Origin: Tubulanus polymorphus
Lineage: Eukaryota; Animalia; Nemertea
Direction: 5' to 3'
NCBI RefSeq assembly: GCF_964204645.1
Contig: NC_134027.1
Coordinates: 25,692,560 to 25,756,559 of the forward strand
Length of the DNA: 64,000 nucleotides
Within the stretch, counting starts at the first letter, position 1. Each line of letters begins with the position of its first letter. Positions 1 through 12,600 of the stretch are shown in pieces. The notes under the pieces are model-generated. The model was not told the origin of the DNA. It ran no database searches and saw only the letters and a list, made by a program, of their open reading frames with translations. Made by a program: the position numbers and the translations under genes.

Positions 1-263
1 AGTCTTCTGCACCATCCAACTCTCTCAAGTCAAAAGGTACGGCTTGAGCGGAGTCTACTGTACCATCCAACTCCCTCAGGTCAAAAGATACAGCTTGAGT
101 CGAGTTTACTGACCATCCACCCTCAAGTTTAACATCTTTATAGTGTGAAAGGTTCAGACATCAGTGCAGTCTATTATACAGAAGTTATGGTCAAATTTCA
201 GACAATACATGAACAAAGAATCTTCCTAAATGTTGATGTCAATTTCTATTTTCCATTGAACAG

Positions 264-416
264 GTACTCATGTGATGGAGGGCAGCGGTAAAATGCTCGT
301 AACTGCGGTCGGTATCAACTCGCAGACCGGTATCATTTTCGCGTTGCTCGGCGCGTCGCAAAACGAGGGCGAAAAAGACAAAAAGAAAAAGAAGAAGAAG
401 AGTGAAGAAGGTGGAG
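264..416 (+). CDS. ATP2B: PMCA exon: actuator domain end and basic stretch before splice site A ([26 protein letters not shown]...KKKKKK)
   Basis: Canonical PMCA motif. cag acceptor at 261-263 and GAG|gtgaga donor (phase 1). Alternative phase-1 donors at 410 and 443. Upstream exons lie outside the window. Confidence 0.95.
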
Positions 417-1516
417 GTGAGAAAACAACACCTAACAACCCTGGTGGGTTCGGCACAGCGCTAGTAGCTTTTATTACAACTCTGCTTATATCGGTGTACA
501 GTCTACTGAATGTATATATGAAAAGGGAGCAATGCACCTCCTCGCCTCACTCCCCGCGTAATGCTTCAAATTAGGCAGGTTTCGATTGTGAGAATATCAA
601 TTCCGAATTACGAACTCTCTACTGGCTGCTGCTTAACTGTTTAATGGATTATGCATTCCGGCATCGGTAGAGACCAATCGAAATCCTACCTTCAACTAAC
701 TCTACAAAATTACCATATTTAGACCCGGTTTGGCGGTGATCAGTTATATTTGACTCTACAAGATCTAAATTGGACTGATCACTATTGAACTGGATTTGAT
801 ATGAAATCTACACTTACTTCAACAGTTACCAGTTAGGTTTACGGGTATTTCTAATGAATTGAACTCAATATATCTCGACAATATTGAACCGTGTCTTGGA
901 ACCAGTTTCAAAGTCGCTTGTAACTGTGCAACAAAAACCAGTTGCTCAGTCTTAAGACTTGTTTAAGACCAACTTAGTTCTATAACTGATCTAACAACTT
1001 GAAACCAGTCTTAAGATCACTTCTGTCACAGAAGTGTAATCAGGCCAAGGTTTCTAATGACTCCCTTTTCATCTTTGGTGTAAATGTGGTCGAAATGACT
1101 TCATTTCTCTATTTGTGCTTCTCTCATCGGTGTCGTCATTATTGAATGTCGTGTTTTAAAACTCGATCCAACGATGTCTGAGAAACTGCCACTTGAATTT
1201 CCATCTCGTCGAAGTTGAATCGAATTTGAAATTTTGATGATGTTCGTACGTATTTCATCGATTATGAAACCGTTTTTTCTAGCGGCTCTCGTCAAGCTTT
1301 CCTCCCGTTCCAGCCCTCCTCCCGTCTAGCTCCTCCGCGCACTGCGCCATAATTGAAAAAAACATCGTTTACCATGAATTCAATGCGGCGGTAATGATCT
1401 TCGCGTGTTTTTAGATTAGTAATTAATTAATTGATTGATGATTCGTTTTACACCTGAAAAACATTCACAGTCTCATTATTGATTTTCTGAACATTTGATC
1501 AAGCATTGATTATAGC

Positions 1517-1907
1517 TCTCCCTCTCTCTTTACCTCTCTTCCTCTCACCTCTTTACCTCTTTCTTTCCCCGCTCTCAGCCTCTCTCTCTCTTTGTCTCTC
1601 TATCTCTCATCTTCACTATCTTTCACCCTCTCACCTCCTCTACCTTACCATCTCCCCCTGTTCTCTTCATTCTATCCCTCTCTCCTGCTCCCTCTCACCC
1701 TCTCCCTCCTCGCTTTCACCCTTTCCTCTTTGTCTCCTCTCTCTTTCCTCTGTTCTCTCCCTCCCACCCTCTCCCCCCTCTCCCTATAAGCAATACTGCC
1801 TTCTCCTGTCATGCTAACACAGCTCTTTTCCCGTGTCATTTCTTTTTGCACGATACTTCAACCCTCTCTCGCTCTCTCTCCCTCTCTCTCTACTCTCTAC
1901 TCTCTCT
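1517..1907. repeat. CT-rich low-complexity tract
   Basis: Polypyrimidine sequence. Confidence 0.9.
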
Positions 1908-2329
1908 GCATGTCAGTTAGTGAATCTGGCTGTTTATTATTAGAAGCTCATTTTCCAGTTGGCCGCCTGTTTGGCCGCCCGGTATTGCGGTGATGCGCGC
2001 GATATGTCACAAATACCTGATGACATGACATCCCTATTAAACATCGATGGTTCGACGGTCGACCGTCCGTCTGCCGGTATCCGCGGCGACGTTATTAATT
2101 ATCCGTCCATCCGCTCGATTCATCCACAATTGCCGTTACCGATCTAAAATAGCTATTTTGTCGCCGTGACAACGCGAGCGTAATGAATCTTTTCAGCGGA
2201 ATCCGGAAAAATAATCCGAAAAATAACGAGCGTCGTATTTCATTATAAATCAGCCGCCGATTATTCAAATACGCGAATACCTGAAAACCAAACAATCTGA
2301 TCATTGAATCTATCGCTTTTCTGAACTTC

Positions 2330-2627
2330 TTAAACCTTTCAGTGCTGCCTAAAGCGATATCCAAAAGTGCGGAAGATGGTTTGAAAATCTAAGAAATTTC
2401 CTCCCGTTTTGTTGAATGATGGACATACCGCTCTAGTGCTTCTACACCGTAGTGCGATGTATTGTTAGTTGCGAATATTTCACTATCTTTGACAGATGCT
2501 GCCATCTTTCGATAGATATGAAATCACTTATTACATGGATACACTGTAATGCGGTGTACTAGAAAAGTCCAAAGTCCATCACCGATTTATACACCGCACT
2601 ACAGTGTAAACGCACTGAAAGGGTTAA
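2330..2627. mobile_element. piggyBac-like MITE
   Basis: ttaa|acctttcagtgc ... gcactgaaaggg|ttaa. A similar end structure occurs at 28564-28698. Confidence 0.6.
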
Positions 2628-3748
2628 ACCCACTGCACATGACTTTTGTCTATTCTATTCTACTGCACACTAGCCATTTTTGTGGTCTTCAGTCTTAAAT
2701 GATACGTGAAATTTCACTTGCCATTTTAGACTGATGAAGAGTGGTAGCAAGCACTAGACTTTTCGGTTCGATTCGTGATATGTTGACACACGTTTGACGT
2801 TTCACCTCACGGGTTGTGATTTTAAATGACTCAAAATACCCTCTAATTATTCCCCATTTCTCTGACGAATGGCTCAAAACGTATAGAAATTCTGTGATCG
2901 TTTAAATAAAGGCAGCGATGTCTTGACTACGATAGTACATACTACCTTTCCTATGGTCTGGGTCTGCCCCTGCAAATTATTTTATCGAAATCTGTATTCC
3001 TCAAGCTTTCTTTCACACCAATATTCATTGATATTTATTTGTTGTTCGTTGTCGTATGTTTTCATTGTGGTGTCTGGTTCTATATGTTTACGTCGTATTT
3101 CAATAAAGTTGAATTGAAATTGAATTCATAACATTTAGATATTTAACCGTCATTTTATGCGAGTAACTTAATTTAATTAATTGAATTGAATTGCAATAGT
3201 TATAATAAGTCGTACTAGAGGCTGGTTCAGTGCAGTCAATTAGATTTTAAAACTGGTGAAAGTTCATTTTGGTTCCATGGCCAATCAACCAACTAAGCAC
3301 CTTTTTGAACTTTTTTGATTTGGATGAGTTAAGCTTTTTCATGAAACTCGACCATAGACCAAGGTCCACAGTTATTAAAGTTTGTAGATTTCAGATAAAA
3401 TAAATTAGTCTTACTCGGCAAGCACCAGTTAGAACTGTGGAACTTGGTCCTTTTCCGTAGAATGACTTAAAGTTCTATTAGTCGTGATGATGCGGTGAAC
3501 CTAACTAATGGAACTTTAAGGCGTGTGGTCTGCAATTTTAAAAACTTTACTAGTTCTATGATTAAGAACTATGAAACAAAATGAATTTAAGTCATAATTT
3601 ATTTCATCTTATTTATCCGTTAATTTATTTACGAATGATAATTTGTTGAGTTTTATTTATTTAATATGATATAATGACTAATGCAATGTGTGTATATTAT
3701 TATATCTCATTTCATGCATGCATCAACAACAACCTTTAAAACAAACAG

Positions 3749-3763
3749 GACAAAGTGTACCAT
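3749..3763 (+). CDS. ATP2B: Candidate 15-nt PMCA microexon at splice site A (GQSVP)
   Basis: acag|GACAAAGTGTACCAT|gtaagt. Phase 1-1 and frame-preserving. About 97-nt AG-free zone upstream containing ACTAAT, TGC and TGCATG. Confidence 0.7.
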
Positions 3764-3884
3764 GTAAGTCTTTACTCATTTTCATGCCTTCCTTATTTTC
3801 GTCATCTCGCCATTCTTCATCATCGTTTTTCTCGCTCGCGATGAAAACGATGATGAAAATGGCGGCGATGATTTCTAATAATTA

Positions 3885-3915
<31 letters not shown>

Positions 3916-4898
3916 GATTATTTTTATTCGGTGTATTTTTTATATTTATCGAACGTCGATGTAAATGTTTCTGCCACAGAGAACGCTTATAAAGAAAAGA
4001 TTTCTGGAAAACGAAAATTAAAATCGACAAAAATTGCTAACTGTTTCGCTGAGGTTTTCGACGCGGAAATATTCCGTGACTCGGTTATTTCTGATTTTGG
4101 AAACGAGCTATTGACCCAATTATACATTGAAACTTTAAACGATATTTCCATTTTTGAAAATCCGTTCCATTTTTGACAAATTTTGTTTCTTTAAATTGCG
4201 ACCCAATTTTTTTTAACCATTTGAGTTGTTAGCCTGAAATTTTCATATGTTTAGCTTACGAAAAATGTTTTGAAAATTTATTGCATTTCGATGAATTCTG
4301 GTCAAGTAAATTGTTTGAAAAAATTTTTGATACCTAATTTCTCATTTGAACTTAAAGTTTAAATTTTTTTTTCGCGATTTCATACATTTGTCATATGTAT
4401 TTATTTATTTTTTCAATTTCGAAAAGAATGATTTCCGGAAATGAAAATAAGATTTGCTAAATCTTTCAACGTGTGAGATTTTTTCCGTTGAAAGTAAAAT
4501 TTTCTGCGACCCGAGTATTTCTGATTTTCCAAAAAAAGGAAAGAAAATAAAAAATCGAGAGAATTTCATAAAGATAAAGAATAAAACTGCAACAACGATT
4601 ATTATCATATGTCATGCGTTCTAGATCGGGCTCTAGGTATGTGGATTATATAAACTGGTGATTCGGCCCCTGTATTGTAGTTTGACATGTGGTGAATATT
4701 GAATTCAAACCCGGGGCTTTTGTTTGTAAATTCTTCAAAGCTGACTATCTTCTAGTTGTGTTTTATTTTTATTTATTTTTTCAAATAATTTCTTTGCTTT
4801 CGTTTTACCGATGCCCAAGCCTTCGTTATTCGTTCGATACTGAATAGGCCTTAAAAAGAAAAAATTCATCAAGTTCAGCCGAGTTTTGAAATATATCT

Positions 4899-5312
4899 AC
4901 GGAAGCGATAAGGGGCCTCGAGTTGTCGCGTTCCAACTTGACAAGTCGCCATATTTATGTCGACCTATCGCGATATATCGCGTCAAGTCGACATGAATAT
5001 GTCGTCATATCGTGACGTTTTCACGACAAATTTCGCTTTCTCGACCACTTTCCTCGCGACAAGTCGACATATACATGACGACTTGAAACTCAGTCGTCAT
5101 ATTACTGGTGTACTCATCTTACATTTAGACATGTCTTCAAATGACGGTTTGTCCCGTGGAAAATGGGCGAAAAAGCGAAATTTGTCGTGAAAACGTCACG
5201 ATATGTCGACTTATTCGTGTCGACTTGACGCGATATATCGCGGTATATCGACATAAATATGACGACTTGTCGAGTTTGAACGCGACATCTCGAGGCCCTT
5301 TATCGCTTCCGT
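4899..5312. mobile_element. Foldback element / MITE with ~170-bp inverted arms
   Basis: acggaagcgataaggggcctcgag... versus ...ctcgaggccctttatcgcttccgt, with internal complementarity. Confidence 0.85.
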
Positions 5313-6261
5313 TTATAGATTATGAAATTTATCTCATAATCCCGGTCCAAAATTGGACATTCATTGTCCGGTGAGATCGTAATAAAGATTTACGTGTAGA
5401 GATTAGAGTCAGAATTCACCTGATCGCGAATGCTGGTTCGCGCTTTGACAATTTTGAAATTCTGCTAGTTCGATTTCGAAAAAACATTCCCATCCAGTGA
5501 TTGCGTGGCTTGAAAATTCTTAACTCGAAATTTTCTCTGACTTTTAATTTGTTAAACAACCCCCCTACCCGGAGTTTATGAAAAGTATGTTTGGGTCATA
5601 GCGCTCAAATTGAAAATACGAATTCTGTCCAGCAGAACGAATACTAAATTAACCTGTTTGAATTAAGACTTCTATTCATTCAGTACTTAAACAAATTTGC
5701 TGGCAGTTATATACGACATAGTAATAGACCAAGGCACAAATATAGTGATTTAAAAGTTGAAATGAAGGTCATAATAAATTCCTTTTATCTATGTGAACAA
5801 TAATGAAGTAATAACCCCACAATAGCAGTACTGAAGCAAAATATGAATGATAGAAAAATAAGACAATTGAAGTAAAGATTTTAGAATTTTGAAATGTATT
5901 TTCGGCCAGTAGGATTACGAATATCTGTATTGTGGGATTATTGTTCTACTGTGTATGGTACACGCGTCTGTCCGATCTCTTGGTTCCTATAATAGCATGC
6001 CGCAGGATACTTCAGTTTCCATGCATGGTGCCCTATTTAAAGAGGAAATTCGCACCCTACCATCGGAAAACACCCCTAGAATTGTCTATTCTGATGTATT
6101 TATAATTCGAGGGTCTGTTTCATTGAAAATTGGCTAACGTTATTCGTCATGATTTGAGACCCTTAGCCTTCACCGCAGATTCTTCAGACCATGTGTCCAG
6201 TACATAGGTCATTTATGACCTATTTTGGATGTGTAGGCTACTTCTGATGTTAGACCAAGTT

Positions 6262-6564
6262 CAGGGTGGCCACTGACCTGCAAAACCGGGAAAAATCAGG
6301 AAATAAAAAAGATTCGAAAAAAAATCAGGTTAACTCAAGGAATTTGACAAATTTTACCAAAATCATGGAAATCTCAGGGAATTCGGATAATGCTATTGAC
6401 CACATGTTTCCTTATCAGTACATGATTCAATGAAAGATAATTGAATCGTAACATTTTAAGAACCTAGAAATTTCTCCGATTCACTCGGGGAATTTTGTGT
6501 TATCACATGTAAAAATCAGGGAATATTCAGCGAATTTGTAAATGGGTGGAAAGTGGCCACCCTA
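6262..6564. mobile_element. MITE with CAGGGTGGCCACT terminal inverted repeats
   Basis: TIRs at both ends flanked by an aagtt direct repeat; related copy near 48607-48800. Confidence 0.7.
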
Positions 6565-6855
6565 AAGTTAGAAGACAAGATCTGATTATTTCCAAATATT
6601 TCATTGTCAAATTGATCATATACCATAACTGTGAAACTTGTGTACCCCCTGGTTCCTGACTAATTTCAATGAAATAGACCCCTCAATTCATTATACGCCC
6701 CATTAACACAATTTAGTAGTGGTTTGTCTATATTATTATTGATACGTATATTCTATTATAGAAAAGCTTGTCGCGCGACGCACTGACATTTTTAGTTTCG
6801 ATCATATGTCCAACAACGATATTTTTTCTTTTTTCTTTTTTCTCTTCATTAATAG

Positions 6856-6885
6856 TACTTTCTAGCGAAGTTGATACAAAACCTG
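6856..6885 (+). CDS. ATP2B: Candidate 30-nt PMCA cassette exon at site A (xLSSEVDTKP)
   Basis: CACTGAC branch-like site, long pyrimidine tract, aatag acceptor and CTG|gtgggt donor. Phase 1-1, no stop. Confidence 0.55.
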
Positions 6886-9800
6886 GTGGGTTTACCTGTG
6901 ACGTATATATATTTTTTAACCGAGCAACAACCGGCGCACGTGCACCAACACTGCATCTGGTTGGCTGTTTATCGCGGCGCCATCCTGACGACAATTGTAT
7001 CTACATTTTTCCTAGCACCCGGAAATGTAGACGATCATTTTCGCGCTCGAGAATAATTCTTTTTCTATCGGCTATCTTGACTTGCGGTTTCATCATTCGG
7101 TGAAACAAGCCGCCATCACGAAGAATAATAAACGTAAATAGTAATTACTTTTCTGAAAATTTTTCCCTCAGAAAATCAGCGGCTGTCAAAAAGAATGATA
7201 AATCTACTTGAAAATTATTTTTATGAGTGAGTTATTTTGACATGGAAAATGAATTTTTCATTGAAATTGTTATGATGTTTCTGGGAGCTACAAAAAACAA
7301 AGATAGATATAATTGTCGTCAAAATGTTGCCGTAGTTTATATATATATATATATATATCTATATATATTATAACGTTTGTAAGATATTATAATTATTATT
7401 ATTAGCTTCTTCGGTTTTTGTCATGTTTTTTGGTGTAATGTTGCACTCACTATAACTATTAATTATTGATTAATAATTAATTATCGATATAATGCGGATA
7501 ATCATCGTTGAATGTTATTATTTTCATTATCGTTTATTTTGAAAAATATAATTATGATTTCGAAAAATCAATACACCCACACACATATAATACACACACT
7601 AGCTTCGAACCGATGCACCGTACTCACTGAGCGTTAATCCTGCTTAATCCGGATCATATTGTATTATGAGCTTAATCTGAATCTAGCTTAATGTAAATCA
7701 AAGTTTAAACGACTTGCTACCAATCGAAATAGTTGGTAGTTACTCGTTGTTGGTTTTTAACTTATTTTGGTTATAGAACCGAAATAAGCTTAGACTGGTC
7801 TTAAATTGTTTAATTGGTTATTGTACCAAAATGAGCTGAGATTGGTCTTAAGTTGTTAGAATGGTTCTGTAGTCAATATAACAACTTAAAGACCAGTCTA
7901 AGCTGAGTTTGATTTTATAACCAATCTAACAACTTAAGTCCGTTCTAAGCTGATTTTGGTTCTATAGCCAATCTAGCTACTTCAGACAGTCCTAAGCTCA
8001 TTTTAGTTTTATAGCCAATGTAACAACTTAAAACCAGTCCAATGATTTAAGACATTTTTAAAATGTCTAGCTACTTCAGACAGTCCTAAGCTCATTTTAG
8101 TTTTATAGCCAATGTAACAACTTAAAACCAGTCCAATGATTTAAGACATTTTTAAAATGTCTTAAAACTAGCCCAATGATTTAAGACATTTTTAAAATGT
8201 CTTAAAACTAGCCCAATGATTTAAGACATTTTTAAAATGTCTTAAAACTAGTCCAATGATTTAAGACATTTTTGGAATTAATCCATGCCCTGGTTAAAGC
8301 ACGTTTGCGAGACAAGAAACACTAAGCAGAAAATACTTTTCTGACTTGTTTCGCGACTATGTGCATCGCTCTGAAACAAGAAACAACGGTTTTTGGGAAT
8401 GTGTTTGGGAGCAACCTAGAAAAGTGTTTCTGTTTCATGTTTCAGGATGTTGTGTGCTCTAGGCTTTATAAAGTATAAATGAACTGAGAACACATTCAAT
8501 CCTATGAATTGAATTAATTGAATTGAATTGAATTGAACCGGATTAAGCCGGGATTTCGTATTGAAAAAGATGAAAATTAAAACGAGATCGAGACAAACAT
8601 GCATTCGATCGATCTTTCTAAACATGAAACTCTTCGTTTTCTGTTTCTATTAACATTCTTTCTCATGTGAAAATCATTTCTACGAATCTACCAGGTTTGA
8701 AATCTCTGTTCATCTCTCCCTCGGCGGAAGTGACAGAAAATTATCTTCATTTTTTAGCCTTCAGTTCATTCTACGTGTCAATTTCATCCTTCTTTATTAT
8801 TTTGTTTCTTTGTTTCGCGCACTCGAGACGTAATCCATGTGATCTTGATAGAAAAACATGAGGAAATAACATCTATTTTCACTTTGAAATACTTGTTACT
8901 CGGCGCTGTATCTTGACAGCTTCTTTGTGGTGGGAAAAATTATTTCCATTATTTCATATTTTTCATGAAACATTTTGTGAAGAAAATCTTAAGTCTGTTT
9001 TTTGATCTTATTATGTTCGATGTTTGCATGTTCGTTAATGTTTATCTCGCTATAAAGTTTCGAATCTCTGTCCTCTAATCCTCCGTACTGCTGCTGCTGC
9101 TGCTGCTGCTGTTGCTGCTGTTTTCTATTATTAATTGTACTGAAGATTGAAATACATAAAATTTTCTCTGATCTTATCTTCACATTCTCGCACAAAAAGA
9201 AAAAAATTATAAAAAACAATATCTACAAAATAAAGCAGTCCTGCATTGATTTGAGTATAGAATTTTGATATTTGGTATCTCAGTAGTGAATTTCTGTGTA
9301 GTAAACAGATGTGCACTGACCGGACGAACGGTTTGTTTGGATCATCGGTCTTTCATTTACTCGGTGTTCGTTGGTTCAAATGGTGGTGATAGTGGAATGT
9401 TTTGGTTGCAGGTTCCTCTTTGACCTCTCCCCTAAATCGGGAAAAAGAAAATCCCAAATGTTATCGCTTTTGTACGCCTGAGTGGCAGCACTCGGTGGGT
9501 TGAGGAGTGAAAAATTGAGTTTGGTAAAGAGGTGATGATGTCAACAAGTTCGAAGCTGAAATATTGTGGCTGTCCACTTGATGATGGCTGCTAATTAACT
9601 CTGCCGTACTTGGAATATATTCCACTGGGTCGACAGGATGCTGAGAATTAGCGAAATAGAAGGTTTTTCCCGAATAAATTTTGAATAAGGCAGAGTCGAC
9701 TGTAGTTCGTACGTAGCTGGAATAAGTATTTCTGTATGTGGAAAAAAAAATCGGAAATTTGGAATTCAGTGCAGGACTGATTCATGACACAAACATCAAA

Positions 9801-10861
9801 CCATTTCCACACGCACCGATAAACATGATTATCTTGATTTTAATCATTTTTGTTTAGATCTATGTGTTTTGCACTGTTTGTGAATTCATGTTTTTTATAT
9901 GTCATATATGTATTCGTGTTAACATGCTTTTCACTAATCATCTTTTTCTCTTTTGTCGAAACTCGCAACGAAAAAACTAGAAAAATTTTTAAAACGTCGA
10001 AAAATCTATTTAGAACTCATGATTTTACGGTTTTTTAACTGAAAACCGTTTTCAAGGAATGACTACCTACGATATATGACATGTTTATTATATGTTCTGG
10101 CAGATGAACATGATATGTTTAAGTGGGTTGACCTCAGATCTTCGGCCACCTTTTCGAAGATATGATCTGAAGGCCATTGTCCTCCTACCCTTCAGCCATG
10201 CTTAACTATTGCACACAACTATTTTCGACCAAAAAATCCGATGAACAGCGATAAAAGTTTCTCATTGGATAAGAAACCTTAATTACTATTGATACACAGA
10301 AAATTCTGAGTTCTTGAAGATTTTTTACAGATTTTTTGATGTTTTAAACCTTTTTAAATATTTTTCATGGTGCGTTTTGACGCTCGTATTCTTATTTGCT
10401 CTTCTGCGAACGGATATATCTCTAAAAAATGAAATCCATCTCGAGTGAAATCGAGTGGTGCACTTGAATTGTGATTGCACTCACGGTATCGGGGTACTCA
10501 CGGTATCGGGATACTCACGGTACTCAATCACATTGTTTTTTAACTATCCCGATATCGATGATGTTCGATTCTCGCGGTGGGAGAAATAAAAGCACAGAAA
10601 TTCACTTTTTTTTAAAACACATCCGTCGTTTTTCGATCATCGCGAACAATGACGGCCGCTTTTGTCGTCGTTGTCGTGACGATAATTTCAAACGCTCTCG
10701 ACTGTCGTGATTTTTTCCAAATCGATGCTTTTTACGACGACGACGATGATGATGATGATGATGATGATGACAACGCTATTATATACTTCCTCTTCATCTA
10801 TCATATTTCGCTACTCAAAAAAAGATGTCCTCGTTTTGTAATGTCTATTTCTACTTGATTT

Positions 10862-11335
10862 GACGTCGGATGCCATTACTCAATCAGTTTTAATAGTACA
10901 TACCTGATATTTGGTGTTACTTCAACCAGCACAGACGGGTAGCTTGAATAAAACATTGATATTCAATCCGTTTTCACTTCTGCATTGAAGGATTATCAAA
11001 AAGTCTCCCTTTACTCAAATCACTTGAATCGGAGAAAAGTGACTCCATAACTATTTCCAATGTCTACATCTACAGACCATAGTTTTTGATGATTTGAAAA
11101 TAACTTCAGTTCGTGAAAAACATATTGCGTAAGTTGATTTATCTAAAAACTGGAGTCTCTTTTTTCGGAATCAACTTGTCAGTCAGTAAAAGGAGACTTT
11201 TTATCAATCCTTCAATACAGCGTAAAATGGATTAAAAATCAATGTTTTAGTTCAGCTGTCCAGCTGTATTGATCATTTTAACACTTATATCAGGTGTGTA
11301 CAACTAAAACTGACTGAATCATGGCACAAGACGTC
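10862..11335. mobile_element. Diverged foldback MITE (~180-bp arms)
   Basis: gacgtc..tgccat..aatcagtttta versus taaaactgactg..atggca..gacgtc; aaaaagtctcc versus ggagactttt. Confidence 0.7.
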
Positions 11336-12254
11336 TGTTCAAACAAGTTGAAACAGACGTTAGAAATTTAGATCTGTTTTAATTAGACGTTAGTGAACTC
11401 GATGAATGATATACTATTTCTTTTTTTCCGCAAAACAAAAAAAACTCGAGACAAAATGACCATGTATGGATAAAGAAATAATGTGAAATGTGAATTTAGA
11501 AATTTCGATAAAGTTTTGGACGACGAAACACAATTCTCAATGTTTCTCACGAATGTTGTTCATTCCATGTTTTTAATGTGTATGAAATGGAAAGGCAAGT
11601 TTCACGAGATAATCTCAATATCAAACAATATTCAGCCTTTTTATCGATTATATCGAGATATCATTTTTAAACATCAAAACAGATAGTACCGCGTAGGTGA
11701 ACTGATTTTATTCGAAATACAAGCTGCTAGTGTTTAGTAGCTTCGTCAGGTATATGCGTAATCACAGTTAGCCGTCTCAGTACTGACTGTTTTCATGTTT
11801 CATTTGATACCAAGTTAACGGTTCCTCTACGGCTCAAAATGTCCTTCGTAAAACTGTCGAAAATTTGTGTGGAATTTCTTAAAAATAGCAACTATCTCTA
11901 TTATCATTTCAGACGAGATTATTTACCCGTCCAGATGGCTGGACTTCGGTACTAGACTGTCCTTCATTATAATTATAGTTGCTACTTCACCATTTTGTCC
12001 ATTCATATCAAAAACTTTACTAATATCAAATATCAAATATCAAATATCCATCCGGTTTATGATGTGTCGCTTGGAGTCGGTCCCCATTTTGAATCTTTAG
12101 TTGAATTGGTTCATTTTCAATTTACTCAATATCATTGTCAAAACCCAAAACTGGTTGGGTCTCAGCAGACTTGTCATTAACTGGGGAAGTCTGGTGTTGG
12201 GCCCGAGCTCACTAAATTGGATGTCCAGTGTAGAGCTATCTGACCTGAATCCAC

Positions 12255-12600
12255 CAACTGACTGCCACTAACTAGGGAGGTCCAGTCTGGAGCTAGCTCA
12301 TTTGAGTGCCCGACATACTGCCACTAACTTGGGAGGTCCATTTTGGAGCTAGCTGAACTGCCACTACCTGGGGAGATCCATTTTGGAGCTAGCTGACTTG
12401 AGTGCTCAACTGACTGCCACTAACTAGGGAGGTCCAGTCTGGAGCTAGCTCATTTGAGTGCCCAACATACTGCCACTAACTTGGGAGGTCCATTTTGGAG
12501 CTAGCTGAACTGCCACTACCTGGGGAGATCCATTTTGGAGGTAGCTAACTTGAGTGTTCAACAGACTGCCACTAACTGGGAGTTAACCAGTTTGGAACTT
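12255..12600. repeat. Degenerate tandem repeat (actgccactaact..ggaggtcca..ggagctagct)
   Basis: Repeated ~40-50-bp subunits in a higher-order duplication. Confidence 0.85.

Noticed and set aside
1506-1817. Leu/Ser/Pro-rich ORFs
   Set aside because: CT low-complexity tract
9412-9503. Possible site-A exon after a ttgcag acceptor
   Set aside because: The best donor is out of phase; the in-phase donor is poor.
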